Assembly (NCBI GenBank): GCA_035486275.1
Contig: DATHNG010000165.1
Span: forward strand, 8,686-72,685
DNA: 64,000 nucleotides
Direction of reading: 5' to 3'
Origin: Bacteroidia bacterium
Lineage (GTDB): Bacteria > Bacteroidota > Bacteroidia > JABEUT01
Both the position numbers and the translations under genes were made by a program. Shown here piece after piece: positions 56,930-64,000 of the stretch. The notes under the pieces are model-generated. The model was not told where the DNA came from. It ran no database searches and saw nothing but the letters and a program-made list of their open reading frames with translations. Position 1 is the stretch's first letter. Every line of letters begins with the position of its first letter.

Positions 56930-58345
56930 TTATGCACTGGTTTTTCTGCGAAATAATTTAATAAAGAAACCTGTGTAGGCCTCTTTTTCAAACAAAGCTG
57001 AATCCATTGATGCCTTATACGTAAAAAAAGCACCTAATGGTAAAAGAACAGCTGTTGGGAGCCATAGTCCTTCAGGTATGGTCATTGTTTCCTGCATAGC
57101 TGATTTCACTCCAATAATTGTTAAAATATAGAATAGAATGAAGAAAAGTGATGAAACAACAACCGGCATACCCAGCCCCCCCTTTCTGATAATGGCCCCG
57201 AACGGCGCCCCGATGAAGAAAAGCAGGAAACAAGCAATTGCAAACGTGAACTTTTTATGTATCTCTATTTTTCTTTTCAAAATATCTTCATTTGTAACAT
57301 TCTGCGAATCGCTATTTCCCTGCACAAACTGCATTGCATTATGAACATTATTTATTGCAGCCTCTAGCATATTTATTCGGGCCTGAGAGGGCATAATACT
57401 ATCACTTTTCAGCTTGCTTGCACTCAACTGCTTTTGGTCAAAATAAGTACGGGTATAATCGTTATAGAATTGTGCCTTTGTTTTTGCAAAAACCTCCGAC
57501 ATAGAATCAGAAGTTAATTTCAGCTGCTTAATGTTAAGCATCTCATAATTACTCTTAAAAAGATCTTCATTGGTACGGCTGAACCTGAAATTAGACAGGT
57601 CAAGATATACAGTCTGTTCCTTGAAATTATTTATAGTAAGCGGGTGAGTCATTCTGTAGGTGGCATTATCTACCATTTCCTGGTAAACATTTCCGTCGTA
57701 TAAGTTCAATACAAGGTAGCGCTGGTCGGCCGACATTTTCATTTTGCCCCACTTGGCTAGTATTACTTTAAAGTCGCCACCTTCCTGGTGTGTATTATCA
57801 GGGTCGGTATGGTCATATATCATTACTTCATGTATAGTTTCCTGGTCAGGATCCTTTTTGCCAATACGTATACTATAACCACTAATGCCATTATAAAATA
57901 TCTCCTGCTGAATATTCAAAGCAGGCTTCGCAATTCGTATGTCATATAATAAGGCATCTTTTTTCAAGTTAACCCACGGCAATACATTATTAGCAAAAAC
58001 AAATGCTCCTACCGACATGAATATGATAAGTGCAATAAGTGAGCCCATTATTTTGGGTAATGATAGCCCTGCAGCTTTCATGCAGGCAAGTTCATGGTTC
58101 TCTGCCAGGTTACCGAATGTCATTATGGAAGCCAGCAATATTGCCAGCGGAAGTGCCAGGGGTACTAAGGTGAGGGTTACAAAAAGCAGTAATTTGGCAA
58201 TTATATAAAAAGAAAGGCCTTTTCCTACCAGGTCATCTATATATACAAACACAAACTGCATAAGAAATACAAAAAGCGCAATGGCAAGGGTTAAAGCCAA
58301 AGGCCCTAAAAATGACTTGAGCATATACTTATGCAATACCTTCAT
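56930..58345 (-). CDS. LptF/LptG-family permease
   Basis: ATG 58345 gives 'MKVLHKYMLKSFLGPLALTLAIALFVFLMQF'. Large periplasmic domain followed by C-terminal TM helices. Confidence 0.8.
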   Translation of the reverse strand: MKVLHKYMLKSFLGPLALTLAIALFVFLMQFVFVYIDDLVGKGLSFYIIAKLLLFVTLTLVPLALPLAILLASIMTFGNLAENHELACMKAAGLSLPKIMGSLIALIIFMSVGAFVFANNVLPWVNLKKDALLYDIRIAKPALNIQQEIFYNGISGYSIRIGKKDPDQETIHEVMIYDHTDPDNTHQEGGDFKVILAKWGKMKMSADQRYLVLNLYDGNVYQEMVDNATYRMTHPLTINNFKEQTVYLDLSNFRFSRTNEDLFKSNYEMLNIKQLKLTSDSMSEVFAKTKAQFYNDYTRTYFDQKQLSASKLKSDSIMPSQARINMLEAAINNVHNAMQFVQGNSDSQNVTNEDILKRKIEIHKKFTFAIACFLLFFIGAPFGAIIRKGGLGMPVVVSSLFFILFYILTIIGVKSAMQETMTIPEGLWLPTAVLLPLGAFFTYKASMDSALFEKEAYTGFFIKLFRRKTSA

Positions 58346-58421
58346 ACGGTGTAAAGATACCGTAAAAACGAAAAATGAGGTAAAAGAGTATGGCAAAGCG
58401 AATCATTACCAAACAAATTTT

Positions 58422-58429
58422 TACTTTTG
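58422..58429 (+). promoter_or_regulatory. -7 box TACTTTTG upstream of the GT2 gene
   Basis: Perfect motif, 14 nt before ATG 58444. Confidence 0.4.
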
Positions 58430-58443
58430 TCCAATAGCTTATC

Positions 58444-59202
58444 ATGATAAACAATAGGAAGTTAGTAGTTGTGTTGCCGGCATATAATGCTGAAAAGACT
58501 CTTGAGCAAACTTATAAAGAGATACCGTTTGATATTGTTGACGAGGTAGTGCTTGTAGATGATGCCAGTCGTGATAAGACAGTAGAAGAGGCGGCCCGTA
58601 TTGGCATTAAGCATGTAATAAAACACGAAAAAAATAAGGGTTATGGTGGTAACCAGAAAACCTGTTACAACAAAGCTTTATCATTAGGTGCTGATATTGT
58701 TATAATGCTGCATCCTGACTACCAGTATACCCCAAAACTTATTCCTTCAATGGCCAATATTATTGCGCAAGATCTATACCCCGTAGTTATGGGATCCAGA
58801 ATTTTAGGCAAGGGCGCTTTAAAGGGTGGAATGCCTATTTATAAATACATTTTTAACCGTTGCCTTACCTTAACCCAAAATATTTTAATTGGTCAGAAAT
58901 TATCAGAATACCATACCGGCTATCGTGCCTTTTCACGTGAAGTATTGGAAACAATACCTTTTGACCGTTGTTCAGATGATTTTGTATTTGATAACCAGAT
59001 GTTATCACAAATATTTTATGCCGGCTTTGAAATTGGTGAAATTACCTGTCCTACCAAGTATTTTGAAGAGGCTTCATCAATCAACTTCAGCCGTAGCGCA
59101 ACCTATGGCATGGGAGTACTAAAGACTTCTCTTGCTCATCTTTTTCAACGTATGGGATTGATACATTCCCCATTATACGAAATGAAAAAAAAGAAGGTGT
59201 AG
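58444..59202 (+). CDS. Glycosyltransferase family 2 (polyprenol-phosphate sugar transferase-like)
   Basis: 'VVVLPAYNAEKTLEQT', 'VDDASRDKT', 'LHPDYQY'. Confidence 0.85.
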   Translation: MINNRKLVVVLPAYNAEKTLEQTYKEIPFDIVDEVVLVDDASRDKTVEEAARIGIKHVIKHEKNKGYGGNQKTCYNKALSLGADIVIMLHPDYQYTPKLIPSMANIIAQDLYPVVMGSRILGKGALKGGMPIYKYIFNRCLTLTQNILIGQKLSEYHTGYRAFSREVLETIPFDRCSDDFVFDNQMLSQIFYAGFEIGEITCPTKYFEEASSINFSRSATYGMGVLKTSLAHLFQRMGLIHSPLYEMKKKKV

Positions 59203-59206
59203 CCCG

Positions 59207-59222
59207 TAAATTTGTAATTTTG
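59207..59222 (+). promoter_or_regulatory. Two abutting -7 boxes (TAAATTTG, TAATTTTG) upstream of pruA
   Basis: Perfect motifs at 59207-59214 and 59215-59222. Confidence 0.4.
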
Positions 59223-59251
59223 TAGTCCTGAATTTTATAAACCTTATTGTT

Positions 59252-60895
59252 ATGTCTAACGCATTTTATAAAGTACCACCGGCGAAGAACGAACCCGTAA
59301 AATCATATGCTCCCGGGACTCCTGAAAGAGAAGAACTGAAAAGGACTCTGAAGCAGTTTATGAAGGAACATAAAGATATTCCAATGCATATTGGTGGCAA
59401 AGAAGTACGAACAGGCAAAACAGTTTCTATCCGCCCGCCGCATAACCATAAGCATGTTGTTGGGCAATACCATAAGGGAGATAAATCTCATGTAAAGAAG
59501 GCTATAGAGGCGGCCATGAAGGCTAAAGAAGATTGGAGCAATATGCCATGGGAGCAAAGGGCTGCTATATTTTTGCGTGCAGCTGACCTTATGGCTGGCC
59601 CTTACCGTGCAGCTATGAATGCTGCTACTATGATCGGCCAGTCGAAAAACGCTTTCCAGGCTGAAATTGATGCGGTATGTGAACTGGTTGACTTTTTCCG
59701 TTTCAATGTTCAGTTCATGACTGAAATATACCATCAGCAACCGGAATCACCTGCGCTTACATGGAACCGTACTGAGCACAGGCCGCTTGAAGGATTTGTG
59801 TTTGCATTAACTCCTTTTAATTTTACTTCTATCGCAGGCAATCTTCCATCAGCCCCTGCATTAATGGGTAATACTGTTGTATGGAAACCATCGAATACCC
59901 AGATATATGCAGCAAACATGATCATGGAAATATATGAGAAAGCAGGCTTGCCTCCGGGTGTTATAAACCTTGTATATGTTTCAGGACCAGAAGCGGGTGA
60001 TGTAATATTTTCGCATAAAGATTTTGGTGGTATCCACTTTACAGGTTCTACCGAGGTGTTCAATGGAATATGGAAGACTGTAGCTAACAATATGGACACT
60101 TATAAATCGTACCCACGTTTGGTCGGAGAAACCGGTGGGAAAGATTTTGTAGTTGCTCATGCTTCAGCAGACCCTAAAGTGGTGGCTGTAGCACTTGCCC
60201 GTGGCGCTTTTGAATACCAGGGGCAAAAATGTTCTGCTGCATCACGTGCGTATATTCCGGCATCAATATGGAAAGATGTAAAGAAGCATTTGTGTGATGA
60301 CCTTGCATCATTTAAAATGGGTGATGTGGAAGATTTTTCAAATTTTATTAATGCGGTAATTGATGAAAAATCATTCGATAAGATAAGCAACTATATTGCA
60401 AACGCTAAGAAAGATAAAGATGCAACGATAATTGCAGGTGGTAAATGCGATAAATCGAAAGGCTATTTTATTCAGCCTACAGTTATTCAAACTACTAACC
60501 CATACTATACTACCATGTGCGAAGAAATTTTCGGACCGGTATTAACTGTATATGTATATGATGATAAAAAGTTTGAAGCAACGCTTGATATAGTAGATAA
60601 AACGTCGAGCTACGCACTTACAGGTGCTATATTGGCAAATGACCGCGATGCAATAGTATTAGCTACCCGTAAACTAACCCATGCAGCAGGTAATTTTTAT
60701 ATTAACGATAAACCTACCGGTGCAGTTGTGGGTCAGCAACCTTTTGGTGGTGCAAGAAAATCAGGTACAAATGATAAAGCGGGCTCAATGATCAATTTGT
60801 TGCGTTGGGTATCTCCACGCAGTATAAAAGAAAATTTTGTGCCGCCTACTGATTACCGTTATTCTTTCCTGGAAGAAGAGAAGAAAGGGAAATAA
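59252..60895 (+). CDS. pruA: L-glutamate gamma-semialdehyde (1-pyrroline-5-carboxylate) dehydrogenase
   Basis: ALDH motifs 'VVWKPS', 'ETGGKDF', catalytic Cys 'GQKCSAASR'; 547 aa long form. Confidence 0.9.
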   Translation: MSNAFYKVPPAKNEPVKSYAPGTPEREELKRTLKQFMKEHKDIPMHIGGKEVRTGKTVSIRPPHNHKHVVGQYHKGDKSHVKKAIEAAMKAKEDWSNMPWEQRAAIFLRAADLMAGPYRAAMNAATMIGQSKNAFQAEIDAVCELVDFFRFNVQFMTEIYHQQPESPALTWNRTEHRPLEGFVFALTPFNFTSIAGNLPSAPALMGNTVVWKPSNTQIYAANMIMEIYEKAGLPPGVINLVYVSGPEAGDVIFSHKDFGGIHFTGSTEVFNGIWKTVANNMDTYKSYPRLVGETGGKDFVVAHASADPKVVAVALARGAFEYQGQKCSAASRAYIPASIWKDVKKHLCDDLASFKMGDVEDFSNFINAVIDEKSFDKISNYIANAKKDKDATIIAGGKCDKSKGYFIQPTVIQTTNPYYTTMCEEIFGPVLTVYVYDDKKFEATLDIVDKTSSYALTGAILANDRDAIVLATRKLTHAAGNFYINDKPTGAVVGQQPFGGARKSGTNDKAGSMINLLRWVSPRSIKENFVPPTDYRYSFLEEEKKGK

Positions 60896-62078
60896 CCTTA
60901 CGGTACAAGGCCTCCAGTTTAGCGACAATTACAGCCTCTGAAAATTGATTCTTTATATTATGTGAAATTTGCAAAGGGTTAAATGATGAATATATATTGT
61001 ATATATGAAACAGTTTTTGCTGCATGTCATCTATACTGTTGAGTTCACATATCATACCATTAATTTCATTGATAAAGTCTTCAGGTCCCTTGCAACGAGT
61101 TGTTAGTACTGGGTTTCCCCTGAACAAAGCCTCGGCTGCAACCATTGAAAAGCTTTCTTTTTCGGAAGATATTACAACAACATGCGATGAATCTATAATG
61201 CGAATCAGTTCATCCTGATTCCTGTGTCCAGCAAATTGTATTTGTTCATGCATATTCAGTGAAACAACAAGGTTCTTCAATTCATCTTCCAGTTTACCTT
61301 TCCCGATAATAGTGAGGCGAACATCCGTATTGCCCTTAAATGTCATGGTAAAGGCCTCAATCAATATATCTTGGCGTTTTCTCCTTGCAAGTTCACCAAT
61401 ATTTAAAAATAAAAAAGGCTTTGTGTTTTTAGGAAATACAGGTAAAGGTGTATTGGAGAAATCGTTGTTTATCATATTCGGTATCATAATAAAAGGAACA
61501 TGAAACAATTCCTCATTGAATTCCTTATAAAAATTACTTACCGTTATACGTGCCGCCGCTTTTTGAATCATTTCAAGCCTTTCCTCTTTGGTTTCATATG
61601 AATTGAAGTGATCTATCTTATCAATAAACATAGAGTGTTCCGTTATAACATAAGGAATATTAAATACCTTGCTTAAATGTGCAGTGATGTAACAATAGTT
61701 TGCAATGCCATGGTGATGAATTACATCAGGCTTTCCGTTGCGTGATATATAACTGGCAAATGATGTTTCTACGTATTTCAGGAACGTTTTTTTTTGCAGC
61801 GCAATAGGGTTAGATGAAAAACGAGTAGGATAAAAATGCACAAAATTGCCGGCAAATGGAGTGAAGTTCTTCCCTTTTGTCCAATTGCTGAGCGGTTCTC
61901 CTTTCAGTTTCTTTTTCAGCCATGCTATAAGGCTATAGTATTGGAACATGAAAACAGTAACTTTATTTCCTGCATCTATCAATGCATCGGCCTGGTCGCG
62001 GACAAACAAGCCTGTTGCATTTGCAAGTGAAGGATACCAGGTAGAAATAATGGCAATATGTAATTTCTTTTCAGACAT
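60846..62078 (-). CDS. Glycosyltransferase family 4
   Basis: GT-B C-terminal 'VVISSEKESFSMVAAEALFRGNPVLTT' (E-x7-E). Confidence 0.8.
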   Translation of the reverse strand: MSEKKLHIAIISTWYPSLANATGLFVRDQADALIDAGNKVTVFMFQYYSLIAWLKKKLKGEPLSNWTKGKNFTPFAGNFVHFYPTRFSSNPIALQKKTFLKYVETSFASYISRNGKPDVIHHHGIANYCYITAHLSKVFNIPYVITEHSMFIDKIDHFNSYETKEERLEMIQKAAARITVSNFYKEFNEELFHVPFIMIPNMINNDFSNTPLPVFPKNTKPFLFLNIGELARRKRQDILIEAFTMTFKGNTDVRLTIIGKGKLEDELKNLVVSLNMHEQIQFAGHRNQDELIRIIDSSHVVVISSEKESFSMVAAEALFRGNPVLTTRCKGPEDFINEINGMICELNSIDDMQQKLFHIYNIYSSFNPLQISHNIKNQFSEAVIVAKLEALYRKVISLSSLLPGKNNGNQ

Positions 62079-63079
62079 TAAACTAAATTGAATTTTCTTT
62101 TTAGCCTGAAGTGAGTCCAGTTAAGAGTGTTTGCAATAGCAGTAATTCTTTTCAATGCTTTTTCCTCGGTAAGTAATATGTTGTAATTCTTAATATCAAG
62201 CAGAGAATATGCTTTTTTAGCAAAATTGAATTGGCTTTTATTGAAAACAAGCGAACCTCTTTTTAGAATAAAATACCTGAGCATATTCAATGTTGTTTCC
62301 TCAGCAGGGTACTTTGCGTTTGAATATGAATAACCTGCTACGAGTTTGTAATGCAAGCCAAGTAGCCTGGCAATTTCCTCCAGTTTATTCTGTTTCGCAA
62401 AACAATAGAGTAGAGTAGCATATTCATTATCAAACTCTGCCTCTTTTGTACCTGACTTCGATTCAGAGTGGATACGGAAGTACACAATCGTATCATCAAG
62501 GATTTTAGTGAAATCAATACCATACTGCTGCACATATTTAGTCCATAATTCACGGTCCATTATATAATGCAATGCAGTATTAAGCGGCATGAATTCTGCC
62601 ATGACCTTTCGCCTGAAAAATGTTGCAGGCTGATTTATATCCGGAAAACGTAAATGAAATTCAAGGCCTCTATTTGGGCCAATTGTGGAGACACCTTTCT
62701 GCTGTTTCCCTTTCTCATCAAATAAAATGCTGGCACCACAAACTACATTTACAGAAGGATCTGAAAAAGCATTGAGTATAACTTGTAAAGCACCTGGCGG
62801 ATAATAGTCATCACTATTCAGCCATCCAATAATTTCCCCGGTTGCTTTAGTAAAGCCTTTATTTACAGCATCACTTTGCCCGCGGTCCCATTCACTTACC
62901 CAATAAGTAAGTTTACCATCATGTTTTTCCAGTATCTCTTTTGAGTTATCAGTGCTTCCGCCATCAATAATAATATGCTCAAGGCCAACTATACCCTGAT
63001 TAAAGACAGAGACTATGTTTTCTTCAAGGTATCGCCCTTGATTATAACTGGGGGTAATAATGCTTATACTTGGCTGCAT
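62078..63079 (-). CDS. Glycosyltransferase family 2
   Basis: 'ISIITPSYNQGRYLEENI', 'IIDGGSTDNS', 'WLNSDDYY'. Its stop overlaps the GT4 start (TAATG). Confidence 0.85.
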   Translation of the reverse strand: MQPSISIITPSYNQGRYLEENIVSVFNQGIVGLEHIIIDGGSTDNSKEILEKHDGKLTYWVSEWDRGQSDAVNKGFTKATGEIIGWLNSDDYYPPGALQVILNAFSDPSVNVVCGASILFDEKGKQQKGVSTIGPNRGLEFHLRFPDINQPATFFRRKVMAEFMPLNTALHYIMDRELWTKYVQQYGIDFTKILDDTIVYFRIHSESKSGTKEAEFDNEYATLLYCFAKQNKLEEIARLLGLHYKLVAGYSYSNAKYPAEETTLNMLRYFILKRGSLVFNKSQFNFAKKAYSLLDIKNYNILLTEEKALKRITAIANTLNWTHFRLKRKFNLV

Positions 63080-63081
63080 TC

Positions 63082-63606
63082 TTATAATCCCTGCAATTGG
63101 TCAAGTATAATGTGCAATATGGTCGAATGCAGGTTTTCTACAATACCATAACTGCGCATAGGAATTATAATATTGGCATCACCAAGTTTACCAAGAGAGT
63201 TATCTTTATTAAAACCACTAAAGGTAATTACTTTACCTCCTATCTGTTTTGCCTTTTTTGTTGCGTTCAATATGTTCTTAGATTCGCCTGAACTGCTGAT
63301 AGCAAACAGCAGGTCGCCAGGCATAAACTGGAACTTGATCCATTCTTCCATAGCCCTTTCCCAGCCATAATCATTAGCAAAGCATGTTATCATAGCTGCA
63401 TCGGTAAATGAAGAGGTGCGTTTATTGAGCATCTTCATATAGTCTTCCATCATATGGGAGCAGATAGAGTTTGAGCCGCCATTGCCAATAAAAGATATCC
63501 GGTTATGTGTGCGTACAAGTTCCATAGATTTTTCTATTCCCAATTTTACTTCGGGTGAAGATAGGTAAGTTGAGAACTCTTTATGGTATAATTCAAATTG
63601 TTTCAT
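63082..63606 (-). CDS. SIS-domain sugar-phosphate isomerase (GmhA-like)
   Basis: 'FIGNGGSNSICSHMMEDY', 'LLFAISSSGESKN'. ATG 63606 is preferred because a perfect -7 box (63634-63641) overlaps the TTG track start. Confidence 0.6.
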   Translation of the reverse strand: MKQFELYHKEFSTYLSSPEVKLGIEKSMELVRTHNRISFIGNGGSNSICSHMMEDYMKMLNKRTSSFTDAAMITCFANDYGWERAMEEWIKFQFMPGDLLFAISSSGESKNILNATKKAKQIGGKVITFSGFNKDNSLGKLGDANIIIPMRSYGIVENLHSTILHIILDQLQGL

Positions 63607-63633
63607 AATTGTAGGATATGATAAAATATATTC

Positions 63634-63641
63634 CAAAAATA
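63634..63641 (-). promoter_or_regulatory. -7 box TATTTTTG upstream of the SIS-GT2-GT4 operon
   Basis: Perfect motif on the minus strand, 27 nt from ATG 63606. Confidence 0.4.
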
Positions 63642-63726
63642 AGCATTTCTGGGTTTTGTTTCTAATTTTAATAAAAGCAACGAACCTTTTCTTAAATGTT
63701 CTTATTTTTATAATCTTTGTAGCATA

Positions 63727-64000
63727 ATGGCAAAGGTAGCAGTAAAAGAATCGGAGGGTACTCCGCTAATGAAGCAATATCAAGGTATTAAGGCCAAATA
63801 CCCCGATGCGCTGTTGTTGTTTCGTGTGGGTGATTTCTACGAGACTTTTGGAGAAGATGCAGTTAAAACTTCTGCTGTTTTAGGAATAGTGCTTACCCGA
63901 AAATCATTAGGGTATGGTGCAAATACTGAACTGGCAGGGTTCCCATACCATTCGTTGGATATGTACCTGCCAAAACTGGTCCGTGCGGGGCATAGGGTTG
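63727..64000 (+). CDS. mutS: DNA mismatch repair protein MutS, N-terminal fragment (runs off window)
   Basis: My own translation from ATG 63727: 'MAKVAVKESEGTPLMKQYQGIKAKYPDALLLFRVGDFYETFGEDA...FPYHSLDMYLPKLVRAGHRV', the mismatch-binding domain signature. It is absent from the ORF track because there is no stop in the window. Confidence 0.9.
   Translation, partial: MAKVAVKESEGTPLMKQYQGIKAKYPDALLLFRVGDFYETFGEDAVKTSAVLGIVLTRKSLGYGANTELAGFPYHSLDMYLPKLVRAGHRV

Overview
The window reads as 64 kb of a Bacteroidota chromosome, probably Chitinophagia- or Sphingobacteriia-like. It carries a porP-gldK-gldL-gldM-gldN type IX secretion (T9SS)/gliding core, a PorT-like barrel, a cargo protein with a T9SS C-terminal sorting domain, and many perfect TAnnTTTG -7 boxes in front of genes. 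Coding density is high: I call 59 CDS, including edge fragments of an amine-oxidase-like gene at the left end and mutS at the right end. By eye I found no rRNA, tRNA, CRISPR array, integrase or transposase. Most genes are housekeeping: accA, ribF, atpDC, topA, miaB, gmk, priA, arfB, hutI, ubiE, pruA, envelope/LPS genes and a glycosyltransferase operon.

The best candidate for something undescribed is a sharply AT-rich block of about 1.8 kb (40211-41994) between a peroxiredoxin and hutI. It holds about 600 bp of non-coding DNA and a two-gene cassette of membrane-anchored proteins that I cannot assign to any family. An accessory or defence-like role for it is inference only.

The second notable locus is the hutI-priA intergenic region (43237-43678). 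It is almost completely filled by four nested palindromic modules, including perfect 26-bp, 19-bp and 26-bp inverted repeats.

Smaller oddities:
- a 72-nt hairpin-rich unit bounded by direct repeats, sitting in frame inside a T9SS sorting domain
- an arginase-fold protein with apparently degenerate metal ligands directly upstream of the T9SS core
- G8, A10 and A9 homopolymer tracts in or next to gldK, the ubiE/porT junction and a GT4 gene
- head-to-head overlapping start codons (amidase/arfB)
- a 50-bp convergent gene overlap (pruA/GT4)

All family calls come from motif recognition by eye on the supplied translations. No database search was run.
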